A stretch of 64,000 nucleotides of DNA, taken from the NCBI GenBank assembly GCA_902563105.1, contig CACEVU010000001.1, positions 285,649 through 349,648 of the forward strand, written 5' to 3'. How positions within the stretch are numbered: position 1 is the first letter of the stretch; every line of letters begins with the position of its first letter. This stretch comes from an uncultured SAR86 cluster bacterium (GTDB lineage Bacteria > Pseudomonadota > Gammaproteobacteria > Magnimaribacterales > AG-339-G14). Positions 13,401 to 22,478 of this stretch are shown piece after piece. Below the pieces are notes generated by a model, which made no database searches, was not told the DNA's origin, and saw nothing but the letters and a program-made list of their open reading frames with translations. The position numbers and the translations under genes were made by a program.

Positions 13401-14334
13401 CTACAAACAGTTAATGAAATCATGGTCTAGTGTTTCTTATCACATCAAACTCTTAAGAGATAATTTTGAAACAACTACTCAGGAACATAGGTATTTATTG
13501 GATAAAAAAAGATCTGAATTAAAGCAAAGATATAATTTCAAAGTTAAAAAAACTTTTTTTAAAACACATCCCAAGATAGGAATAATGAGAGATCAGGGCG
13601 TAAATTCTCATCTTGAAATGGCGGCTGCATTTTCTCATGCAGGCTTTCAGGTAATGGACGTTCACATGAGAGATCTAATAAATGATCTGACTTCATTAAA
13701 AGATTTTCAAGGTCTCGCTTTTCCAGGCGGATTTTCATACGGAGATGTTCTTGGTGCTGGGAAGGGATGGGCTCAATCCATCAAATCAAATTCAAAACTT
13801 TACAATAATTTTTATGAATTTTTTAATCGTCAACATACTTTTGCTCTAGGTGTCTGCAATGGCTGTCAGGTAATGTCTGAACTTAAGGAAATAATTCCCG
13901 GAGCAGACCATTGGCCTAAACTTAGACAAAATAAGAGTGAAAGGTTTGAAGCAAGATTGGTCCAAGTAAAAGTTAATAAATCAAATTCTATTTTTTTTAA
14001 TGATATGCAAGATTCTCAACTTTTAGTACCTATTAATCATGGCGAAGGTAGAATGATTTTTCCTGACGAAATTAAACCTCAAGAAATTATTTCTAAAAAA
14101 CTAGCGCCTATGCAATTTTGCACAAATAAAGGAGTTAAGGCTGAAACATTCCCAGAAAATCCTAATGGATCATCTCTTGGAATAACTGCTTTAACAAATT
14201 CAGATGGTAGGTTTTTGATTATGATGCCTCATCCAGAGAGAAGTTTTATAAACAACCAACTTTCCTGGACAGATTCAAAAGAAAAATATAGTCCATGGTT
14301 CAAACTTTTTTTGAATGCAAGAAAATTTTTCTAA
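10471..14334 (+). CDS. purL: Phosphoribosylformylglycinamidine synthase, single-chain large form
   Basis: 1287 aa. [38 protein letters not shown], C-terminal glutaminase GVCNGCQ ... MMPHPER. Confidence 0.95.
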   Translation: [1287 protein letters not shown]

Positions 14335-14337
14335 GAA

Positions 14338-14871
14338 CTATTTTTTGATTAGTTCTTTTTTTCTGAAAGGAAAAGAACCCTCTTCAAGATCCTCATAAAA
14401 TTGCTTAAGTGCGATTGGCACAAAAGGAAAAGCTAGCTCTTCCCAAGGAATCTCATCAAAAGAAAACAAGTCTACTTCTAGACTTTCAGATGTTGGAGAA
14501 TAGGAATTCTCTTCTATTGAAGCTTTATACAAAACATAAAATTGACCAATCTGAGGGATATCAAACATAAAATACATATTGTCTATTTTTACTTGAGAAT
14601 TTGTTTCTTCTTTAGTTTCTCTCAATGCACCTTCCTGTAAGGTTTCACCCATTTCTAGAAAACCAGCTGGAAGAGTCCATAGGCCTAATCTTGGCTCTAT
14701 ACCTCTCTTGCACAATAATACTTTATCGCCACAGTAAGGAAGTGTTCCAACTACAGCATTTGGATTTTGATAGTGTATGTACCCACAATTGTTGCAAACA
14801 TACCTTTCTCGGTTATCACCTTGAGGTATTTTTTTGGAAACTGGTCCTCCGCATTGAGTACAAAAATTCAA
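14338..14871 (-). CDS. Nudix hydrolase with N-terminal zinc ribbon
   Basis: CTQCG..(x)..CNNCG zinc ribbon followed by Nudix box GFLEMGETLQEGALRETKEETN. Confidence 0.8.
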   Translation of the reverse strand: MNFCTQCGGPVSKKIPQGDNRERYVCNNCGYIHYQNPNAVVGTLPYCGDKVLLCKRGIEPRLGLWTLPAGFLEMGETLQEGALRETKEETNSQVKIDNMYFMFDIPQIGQFYVLYKASIEENSYSPTSESLEVDLFSFDEIPWEELAFPFVPIALKQFYEDLEEGSFPFRKKELIKK

Positions 14872-14928
14872 AATTCTTCCTGTTTAAATAAAGTTAACAA
14901 GTATAATTCAATACGTTTTATTAACATA

Positions 14929-15516
14929 ATGATCCCTTACATAGAAAAAAGACTAAGTGATTTGAGTCCGAAGCAATCAGATGAAAAATTACCGCAAGCA
15001 GCAGTATTAATTTTAATAACTGATAATGAGAACGACTATTCAATCGTTTTTACAGAAAGATCTAAAAAATTACCTTCCCATGCAGGAGAGGTTGCATTTC
15101 CAGGCGGAAAAAAAGAAGAAGAAGACAGAAGCCTAATCGAAACTGTTTTAAGGGAAACACATGAGGAGATTGGAATAGAGCCTAATTCAATTAGAATACT
15201 TGGCCGGATGGATCCTCAAGAATCAAGATTTGGAATAAGTGTCACGCCTTATGTAGGTTACGCTGCAGGAAGTTTAAAGTTTAAAAAAGATCCCAAAGAG
15301 GTAGAAACGATTTTTTCTGTTCCTTTAAACTATCTCAAAGAAGATCCTTTAATATCAAACAAAATAACCAACGCAAGTGGTGAAACCTTTGAGACGCCAG
15401 TTATAAATTATGAAAACCAGAAAATTTGGGGATTAACTTTAGGTTTTACATTACAATTTCTGGAGTTAATGGAAATAGATATTGATATAGATGATTTATA
15501 CTTTAGATCAGCATAG
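14929..15516 (+). CDS. CoA pyrophosphatase-type Nudix hydrolase (NudL-like)
   Basis: VFTERSKKLPSHAGEVAFPGGKKEEEDRSLIETVLRETHEEIGI, i.e. the NudL/PCD1 upstream signature plus a Nudix box. Start moved to ATG 14929 (MIPYIEKRL), because the track start at 14767 overlaps the divergent Nudix gene. Confidence 0.75.
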   Translation: MIPYIEKRLSDLSPKQSDEKLPQAAVLILITDNENDYSIVFTERSKKLPSHAGEVAFPGGKKEEEDRSLIETVLRETHEEIGIEPNSIRILGRMDPQESRFGISVTPYVGYAAGSLKFKKDPKEVETIFSVPLNYLKEDPLISNKITNASGETFETPVINYENQKIWGLTLGFTLQFLELMEIDIDIDDLYFRSA

Positions 15517-16015
15517 AGTCAAAACTGTAGGAGATAATTTTTATATTGCTCCAAATGCAACTGTTCTGGGTCAAGTAGAACTCGGAGAAGGTGTAAGTGT
15601 TTGGTTTGGTGCAGTAATCAGAGGTGATGTAGAAAAAATTATCATTGGCAAAGGTTCAAACGTTCAAGATTTATCGGTTTTGCATGTCGATCCTGGAAGT
15701 CCAATTATCATTGGAGAAAATGTCACAGTGGGCCATAAAGTCATGCTTCATGGTTGCACTATAGGAAACAATTCATTAATTGGTATTAATTCAGTCATCT
15801 TGAATAATGTAGAAATTGGAAATAATTGTTTGATCGGTGCTAATACTCTTCTTACAGAGGGAACAAAAATTCCAGACAATTCGCTTGTTATGGGATCTCC
15901 AGGAAAGGTTAAGAAAGAGGTTGATGATAATTTAAAGATTATTTTGAAAGGCTCTGCGGAACATTATGTTGAAAATGGAAAAAGATTTAAGACAGGTTTA
16001 AAGGAGGAAAATTGA
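15491..16015 (+). CDS. Gamma-class carbonic anhydrase-like / hexapeptide-repeat protein (YrdA/PaaY family)
   Basis: Left-handed beta-helix hexapeptide repeats throughout (IGKGSNVQD, IGENVTVGH, IGNNSLIGI, IGNNCLIGA). 174 aa. Confidence 0.8.
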   Translation: MIYTLDQHRVKTVGDNFYIAPNATVLGQVELGEGVSVWFGAVIRGDVEKIIIGKGSNVQDLSVLHVDPGSPIIIGENVTVGHKVMLHGCTIGNNSLIGINSVILNNVEIGNNCLIGANTLLTEGTKIPDNSLVMGSPGKVKKEVDDNLKIILKGSAEHYVENGKRFKTGLKEEN

Positions 16016-16722
16016 TGAATACTGAACTTGTATCGTATGAAGTAAATTCTAAGACATTTGAAGGTTTACATGTAAAACCAGAGGCTAAAAATGCTCCATG
16101 TGTTCTTATCGCTCACACTTGGGCAGGAAGAGATGGATTTGTTGAAGGTATAGCAAATAAGCTTGCTGAAGATGGATACAATGCATTTGCTATTGATATG
16201 TATGGAGACGGAAAGGTTGGTGGATCTAATGAGGAGAATCAATCGATGATGCAGCCTTTGATGGATGATAGAAAAAATTTGTCTCAGATCGTTGTTGGCG
16301 CATATGAGGCAGCAAAAAAACTTGATGGAATAGATACTTCAAACATTGCGATCATGGGGTACTGTTTTGGCGGCTTGGTCTCTCTTGACCTTGCCAGAAG
16401 CGGAGTGGATTTAAAAGGGGCCGTAAGTTTTCATGGTTTTTTATCTGGTTCGGAAGACCTTGAAGATAAAGACATTAGTGCAAAACTATTAGTCCTTCAT
16501 GGCCATTTAGATCCTATGGTAGGTCAAGACCAGATAGACTCTTTTTCTGAGGAAATGAATAAAAAAAGTGTTGATTGGCAATTACACTCTTTCGGAAATG
16601 CCATGCATGCTTTCACAAATCCTGATGCCAATGATCCAAGTTTCGGAACGGTTTATTCAGAAGAAGCTGATCAGAGATCCTGGAAAATCTTTAAAGATTT
16701 TTTATCAGAAATTTTTAGTTAA
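16015..16722 (+). CDS. Dienelactone hydrolase family protein
   Basis: Alpha/beta hydrolase with nucleophile elbow GYCFGG and C-terminal HAF. The track start at 16012 is TTG, so I prefer ATG 16015 (TGATG stop/start overlap, AAGGAGG 8 nt upstream). Confidence 0.8.
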   Translation: MNTELVSYEVNSKTFEGLHVKPEAKNAPCVLIAHTWAGRDGFVEGIANKLAEDGYNAFAIDMYGDGKVGGSNEENQSMMQPLMDDRKNLSQIVVGAYEAAKKLDGIDTSNIAIMGYCFGGLVSLDLARSGVDLKGAVSFHGFLSGSEDLEDKDISAKLLVLHGHLDPMVGQDQIDSFSEEMNKKSVDWQLHSFGNAMHAFTNPDANDPSFGTVYSEEADQRSWKIFKDFLSEIFS

Positions 16723-16727
16723 TTAAC

Positions 16728-19319
16728 GTGAATTCATCTGAAGTAAGAAAGACTTTCTTAGATTTTTTTGTTCAGAAGGGACACAAAGAAGTAACGAGTT
16801 CCAGCCTTGTTCCCTTCAATGACCCCACTTTAATGTTTTCCAATTCTGGGATGAATCAGTTCAAAGATGTATTCCTTGGCACTGAGAAAGTAAATTTTGA
16901 TAAAGCAACTTCATCTCAAAAATGTGTAAGAGCAGGGGGAAAGCATAACGACTTAGATAATGTTGGTTTTACTCTCAGACATCATACTTTCTTTGAAATG
17001 CTTGGAAATTTTAGTTTTGGGGACTACTTCAAAGAACAAGCTATAGAGTTAGCTTGGGAACTTCTCACAGAAAAATTTAAACTAGATAAAGATAAACTTT
17101 GGGTAACAGTGCATGTTGATGACAAAGAGTCAGAAGATATATGGCTTAAAAAAATAAAGTTTCCTGCTGAAAGACTCTCAAGACTTAGCGAAGACAATTT
17201 TTGGTCCATGGGAGATACAGGTCCTTGCGGTCCATGTTCGGAAATATTTTATGATCATGGTGAAAATCTTCCCGGAGAAGCACCACAAGAAGGTATAGAC
17301 ACTGGCGAAAGGTTTGTAGAGATCTATAACTTGGTTTTTATGCAATATAACCGAGATCACAATGGCAAACTTTCCAATCTTCCAAAGCAATGTGTCGACA
17401 CTGGAATGGGCTTGGAAAGAATTACAGCAGTATTACAAAAAACTAGCGACAATTATAAAACGGATATTTTTAATAACATTATTGAATCAATTGCCAAAAC
17501 ATTAAATGAAAAAAATCTTGTGAATCCATCATTAAGAGTTATAGCAGATCATCTTAGATCATCTGTCTTTCTAATTTCTGATGGCGTGAACCCAAGCAAC
17601 GAAGGAAGAGGATATGTTTTAAGAAGAATCATTAGAAGAGCTCTTACACATGCCTACAAAATAAACAGTGAAAAAGATTTTTCTTTTGCGGATATTTTTG
17701 ACACGCTGGGTGAATCATTATTAGAAACTTATCCGGATGTCAGAAAAAATAAGACTGTTATTTTGGAGGAACTTAAATCCGAAGAAGATCAATTCAGAGA
17801 AACTTTAAAACAGGGAATGAGACTTCTTGAGGAAGAAATTAAAGACTCAAAAAAAACGACTTTACCCGGAGAGCTTATTTTTAAACTTTATGATACATAT
17901 GGATTTCCAGTTGACCTGACTAGAGATTTAGCTCAGGAAAATGAACTTAGCTTAGATCTTTCCGGTTATGAAAAGCTGATGGCAACGCAAAGAGCAAACG
18001 CAAAAAAAGAAAGCAAATTTAATGCCCTCTTGCCAGCTGCAATTGATTTAGAAGATGAGACAAAATTTGTCGGCTACGAAGATAGTTCCATTGAATCTGA
18101 AATCAAATTAATTTTCAAAGACGGTAAAGAAGTTAAATCTGCTTCAGAAGGAGAGTGCATGATCGTTCTTGATTCTACTCCATTTTATGGAGAATCTGGA
18201 GGTCAAGTTGGCGATAAAGGAAAACTCAGTGCAAAGGGTTTAGACATTGAAGTATTAGATACTCAGAAGATAGGAAATTTTCACCTTCACATAAGTAAGA
18301 TCAAAAAGGGTTCAATAAATCTTAATGACAGAGTTAAAGCTGAGATAAACACAGAAAGAAGAAGGGCAATTGTATCCAATCATTCAGCAACACATCTTAT
18401 GCACTCTGCTTTGCGAAATATTTTAGGCGAACAAGTCCAACAAAAAGGCTCTTTGGTGAACGAGGAGAAGTTAAGGTTTGATTTTTCACACAAACAAAAA
18501 CTTTCAGAATCTGAAATTGTCAAGATCGAGCAAGAAGTCAATCAGGCAATAGTATCTGCCGAGGACACACAAATAATTGAAACTTCAATTGAAGAATCTC
18601 AAAAACTTGGAGCAATTGCCTTTTTTGGAGAAAAATATGGCGATCAAGTGAGAGTTTTAAAAATAGCAGGAGATTATTCCACTGAGTTGTGTGGCGGAAC
18701 TCATGTAAAAAATAGTTCAGAAATCAAAAGTTTTAAAATAATCTCAGAAACAAGTATTTCTTCTGGAGTAAGAAGAATAGAAGCTATTTCTGGCGATCTT
18801 GCAATCAAGGATAAGGCTGACAATAAAACCGACTTACTGAATACGGCAGAGACTTTTAATGTTTCAGTAGAAAATCTCCCCACATTTTTAAAGGATAAAA
18901 CAAATTTAATTAATGCTTATAGAGAAGACTTAAAAAAAGTAGAACAAAAGATTTATCAGAACTTGTTAGATGATATGAAAAGTAACTATAAGACTGTGGG
19001 CAAAATAAATATAATTTTAAAGCGAATAGATAATCTTAACTTATCCAAACTAAGAGGTAGCTTAGACAGTCTAAAAAAAGAGGTAAGTAATTTAATAATT
19101 ATTCTTGTCGGATCTATGGAAGAAAAATCAACAATATTGGTTACAGTATCAAATAACATTTCCGCTACTTATGATGCAAGAAATTTGCTAGACTCGCTTT
19201 CCAAAATTATAGGAGCAAAAGGAGGAGGAAAACCGGACTTTGCACAAGCAGGTGGACCAGCTTCAAAAAAACTTGATGAAATATTAATTTCTGCTGAAAA
19301 AATTCTAACTGAGATTTAA
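16728..19319 (+). CDS. alaS: Alanine--tRNA ligase
   Basis: 863 aa. N-terminus FLDFFVQKGHKEV.SSSLVP, FEMLGNFSFGDYFK, editing-domain HSATHLMH, C-terminal DHHA1-like region. GTG start. Confidence 0.95.
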   Translation: MNSSEVRKTFLDFFVQKGHKEVTSSSLVPFNDPTLMFSNSGMNQFKDVFLGTEKVNFDKATSSQKCVRAGGKHNDLDNVGFTLRHHTFFEMLGNFSFGDYFKEQAIELAWELLTEKFKLDKDKLWVTVHVDDKESEDIWLKKIKFPAERLSRLSEDNFWSMGDTGPCGPCSEIFYDHGENLPGEAPQEGIDTGERFVEIYNLVFMQYNRDHNGKLSNLPKQCVDTGMGLERITAVLQKTSDNYKTDIFNNIIESIAKTLNEKNLVNPSLRVIADHLRSSVFLISDGVNPSNEGRGYVLRRIIRRALTHAYKINSEKDFSFADIFDTLGESLLETYPDVRKNKTVILEELKSEEDQFRETLKQGMRLLEEEIKDSKKTTLPGELIFKLYDTYGFPVDLTRDLAQENELSLDLSGYEKLMATQRANAKKESKFNALLPAAIDLEDETKFVGYEDSSIESEIKLIFKDGKEVKSASEGECMIVLDSTPFYGESGGQVGDKGKLSAKGLDIEVLDTQKIGNFHLHISKIKKGSINLNDRVKAEINTERRRAIVSNHSATHLMHSALRNILGEQVQQKGSLVNEEKLRFDFSHKQKLSESEIVKIEQEVNQAIVSAEDTQIIETSIEESQKLGAIAFFGEKYGDQVRVLKIAGDYSTELCGGTHVKNSSEIKSFKIISETSISSGVRRIEAISGDLAIKDKADNKTDLLNTAETFNVSVENLPTFLKDKTNLINAYREDLKKVEQKIYQNLLDDMKSNYKTVGKINIILKRIDNLNLSKLRGSLDSLKKEVSNLIIILVGSMEEKSTILVTVSNNISATYDARNLLDSLSKIIGAKGGGKPDFAQAGGPASKKLDEILISAEKILTEI

Positions 19320-19327
19320 AAATACTA

Positions 19328-20542
19328 ATGTCTAACATAGTTGTCCAAAAGTTTGGCGGAACTTCGCTTGCTGATACTGATAGATTCAAAGCTGTTGCGA
19401 AAATTATCAAAGATACATCTACAAAAGGAAAAAAAGTTGTTGCCGTTGTATCAGCTATGGCAGGTGAAACTCAAAGGTTGATCGATTTGGCAAAAAAAGT
19501 TCAAGAAACACCCGATCCCAGAGAATACGACGCCTTGATTTCTTCGGGTGAGCAGGTGTCTGTAGCTTTGTTAGCTATGACGTTGAGAAATGAAAAAGTT
19601 AAATCAAAATCTTATACTGCTTTTCAACTTGGCCTAAGAACAGATGACTATCATGGAAAAGCCAGAATTAATTCGATTGATACAAAAAATATTCTAAAAG
19701 ATATATCTGCAGATATAACTCCGGTCATAACAGGTTTTCAAGGTGTCAACGAAGAAGGGGATATTACCACGCTTGGAAGAGGTGGCTCTGACACTTCGGC
19801 AGTTGCTTTAGCTGTTGCTTTGGAAGCCGAAGAATGTCAGATATACACTGATGTGAATGGTGTATATACAACCGACCCTAACGTTTATGAAAAAGCCAAA
19901 AAAATAGATAAATTAACTTTTGAAGAAATGTTGGAATTATCAGGCTTAGGCGCTAAAGTTTTGCAAATTAGATCTGTGGAATTTGCTAGTAAATATAATA
20001 TGCCAATAAGGGTAAAATCTAGTTTTACTGATGATGAAGGAACACTTATCAATGGAGAAGAAAACATGGAAGATGCTTTAATTTCTGGAGTAACGCATAC
20101 CAGCGATGATGCTAAGTTAACTATTAGAAAAGTACCCGATATTCCAGGTATTGCGGCAAAGATTTTAGACCCCATAAGCTCAAAAGGTATTGAAGTGGAT
20201 ATTATTATCCAAAACGTTTCTGAAGATAAAACCACAGACTTTACTTTCACTGTAAAACGCGAAAAATCTCAAGAAACAAAAAAAATTCTTTCTAATTTAT
20301 CCAAAGAATTTGGAGGTGGAGAAATTGAGTTGAATGAAGACATCAGTAAAGTTTCTATAGTTGGAGTTGGGATGAAATCGCATGCTGGAGTTGCAGCCAC
20401 TATGTTTAAAACTCTAGCTGAAAAAAATATAAACATTGAAATGATTTCAACTTCTGAGATTAAAATATCTGTCATAGTTAAAGAGGATCTTGCTCATCAG
20501 GCAGTAAAGTCCTTGCATGATGCTTTTAATCTTGAAAAGTAA
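19328..20542 (+). CDS. lysC: Aspartate kinase
   Basis: VQKFGGTSLAD N-terminus, TLGRGGSDTSAVALA, two C-terminal ACT domains. Located downstream of alaS, as in many gammaproteobacteria. Confidence 0.9.
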   Translation: MSNIVVQKFGGTSLADTDRFKAVAKIIKDTSTKGKKVVAVVSAMAGETQRLIDLAKKVQETPDPREYDALISSGEQVSVALLAMTLRNEKVKSKSYTAFQLGLRTDDYHGKARINSIDTKNILKDISADITPVITGFQGVNEEGDITTLGRGGSDTSAVALAVALEAEECQIYTDVNGVYTTDPNVYEKAKKIDKLTFEEMLELSGLGAKVLQIRSVEFASKYNMPIRVKSSFTDDEGTLINGEENMEDALISGVTHTSDDAKLTIRKVPDIPGIAAKILDPISSKGIEVDIIIQNVSEDKTTDFTFTVKREKSQETKKILSNLSKEFGGGEIELNEDISKVSIVGVGMKSHAGVAATMFKTLAEKNINIEMISTSEIKISVIVKEDLAHQAVKSLHDAFNLEK

Positions 20543-20544
20543 TA

Positions 20545-20635
20545 GGAGAGGTGGCTGAGTGGTTGAAAGCGCTCCCCTGCTAAGGGAGTATGTGGTAATC
20601 CTGCATCGAGGGTTCGAATCCCTCCCTCTCCGCCA
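20545..20635 (+). tRNA. tRNA-Ser (anticodon GCT)
   Basis: GGAGAGGTGGCTGAGTGG...CTCCCCTGCTAAGGGAG... with a long variable arm, TTCGAATCC T-loop and encoded CCA. Starts 2 nt after the lysC stop. Confidence 0.95.
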
Positions 20636-20661
20636 TATTTATTGGTAGAGTAGTTGTATAA

Positions 20662-21879
20662 ATGAAATTAAATCAAAAAAAATCTGACAAACTTTTTATA
20701 AAAGCTCAAGAATTAATTCCAGGTGGAATTTTTGGTCATTATAAATATGCGGTTAGAGAAGAAGGTCCTAAGTTCTTTTCAAAAGCAAAAGATGCATATT
20801 TTTGGGATGTAGACGGAAATAAGTATTTGGATTTAATTTGTGGCTGGGGGCCAATGATCCTTGGCTATAACAATCCAAAAATTGATCAAGCTGCACGATC
20901 TCAATACGATTTAGGAAATACAGTCAGTGTAGCTTCTCCGATAATGATTGAGCTAGCTGAAACATTAACGGATATGATCGATATTGCCGATTGGGCTCTT
21001 TTTGGAAAAAATGGGGGCGACAGTACTCAATTGGCTGTTATGGTCGCAAGAGCAGAAACAGGAAAATCAAAAATTTTAAAAATTAATAATGGTTATCACG
21101 GAGCTAATGGATGGATGCAAAACAGCAGCAATCCAGGAGTTATTGATTCAGATAGCGATGAAGTGCTTTCGGTTGAATGGAATAGCACCAAAGAATTTGA
21201 TGAGATGATTTCTTCTTTTGGCAGTGAAATCGCGTGTTTTATTTCTAGTCCATACGATCATCCAACATCAAAGGATAACTCTTTGCCTGATGATGGATAT
21301 TGGGAACACATTCAAAAAAAGTGTAAGGAACACAACATTATTATCATTGTTGATGATGTAAGAACTGGATTTAGAATTGATCTACATGGCTCTCATAATG
21401 CCTTTGGTTTTAGCCCTGATTTAGTCTGTTTGGGCAAGGCTATGGCTAATGGATATCCAATTTCTGCGTTGGTTGGTAAAGATTCCTTAAAAGATGCTGC
21501 AAATAGAGTTTATTTTAGTGGAACACAGTTTTTTAATTCGGCTCCTATGGCTGCTTCCAAAGCAACATTAGAAGAATTGCAAAAAGTAAATGCCATAGAA
21601 ATCATGAACGCTAACGGAGAAAAGTTAAAAAAAGAACTGATTTCTGCTGGAGATGAATTTGGACTAAAGATGAAGGTAACTGGAGTCTCATCAATGCCAT
21701 ATTTTAGAATTGAAAATCAAAATAAAGATTTTCATATTCAATGGACAGATGAATGCCTTTCGCGCGGTCTGTATCTGACAAGTTATCATAATCATTTTTT
21801 ATCGGCAGCACATGGCGAAGAAGAAATAGATGAAATCGTCAGGATTGCTTCAAATGCTTTTGAAGCAGTTGCTTCTTAG
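20662..21879 (+). CDS. Class III (PLP) aminotransferase, glutamate-1-semialdehyde aminomutase-like
   Basis: LIPGG N-terminal motif, DDVRTGFR, PLP-lysine context CLGKAMANGYP. The specific substrate cannot be assigned. Confidence 0.7.
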   Translation: MKLNQKKSDKLFIKAQELIPGGIFGHYKYAVREEGPKFFSKAKDAYFWDVDGNKYLDLICGWGPMILGYNNPKIDQAARSQYDLGNTVSVASPIMIELAETLTDMIDIADWALFGKNGGDSTQLAVMVARAETGKSKILKINNGYHGANGWMQNSSNPGVIDSDSDEVLSVEWNSTKEFDEMISSFGSEIACFISSPYDHPTSKDNSLPDDGYWEHIQKKCKEHNIIIIVDDVRTGFRIDLHGSHNAFGFSPDLVCLGKAMANGYPISALVGKDSLKDAANRVYFSGTQFFNSAPMAASKATLEELQKVNAIEIMNANGEKLKKELISAGDEFGLKMKVTGVSSMPYFRIENQNKDFHIQWTDECLSRGLYLTSYHNHFLSAAHGEEEIDEIVRIASNAFEAVAS

Positions 21880-21946
21880 TTTAGAAATAAATTCGTAACT
21901 AAGCAAATTTCTTAAATAAACTGAATATTCTTTTTTATAATGCATT

Positions 21947-22234
21947 ATGGATGCTTTTGAATTACAGGAACTCAAAACAGCTCTTTTGGATGAAATACAG
22001 AATGCTTTTCAAGATAAGAAATCACCTTTGCTTAAAGAATATGAAGAGCAGACGGAAAATCTTCTAACACTGGCTGAATTAATGTCCCAGGAAAAAGATT
22101 TAATGCCTCAAGAGAATTTCGATTTAGTAATGGGGCAAGACTACGTAATTCTTCAGCTTGAAAGATGGATTGAAGATAATCAAAAAATAATTTCACATTG
22201 GAACGATAATGAAGAAAGCCTTAAAAAACATTGA
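21947..22234 (+). CDS. Hypothetical acidic helical protein (95 aa)
   Basis: It is the only long ORF in this gap and overlaps the next ORF by 26 nt. No recognised motif. Confidence 0.4.
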   Translation: MDAFELQELKTALLDEIQNAFQDKKSPLLKEYEEQTENLLTLAELMSQEKDLMPQENFDLVMGQDYVILQLERWIEDNQKIISHWNDNEESLKKH

Positions 22235-22478
22235 TTTAGAAAGCACCAATAGAATTATCGAAATGGCTTGGGAAGACAGGACTCCATTTGAGGTTATTGA
22301 AAAAGAGTTTTCTATAACTCATGGAGAATTAATTTCAATTATGAGAAATAATTTAAAGCCATCTAGTTTTAGACTTTGGAGAAAAAGGGTCAGCGGTAGA
22401 AAAACTAAACATGGCGAATTAAGAAATTTCAAAATAGGTCGTCACAGGTGTGATAGACAGGGGAAATTGGGAAATTAA
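22209..22478 (+). CDS. TIGR03643 / DUF2805 family small basic protein
   Basis: RIIEMAWEDRTPFEVIEKEF...FRLWRKRVSGRKTKH matches my recollection of the conserved core of this family. Confidence 0.65.
   Translation: MKKALKNIDLESTNRIIEMAWEDRTPFEVIEKEFSITHGELISIMRNNLKPSSFRLWRKRVSGRKTKHGELRNFKIGRHRCDRQGKLGN

Noticed and set aside
14767-14928. Track start of the NudL-like ORF overlapping the divergent Nudix gene by ~100 nt.
   Set aside because: The internal ATG at 14929 gives a protein of typical size and removes the overlap. The extension is out-of-frame reading of the neighbour's 5' end.
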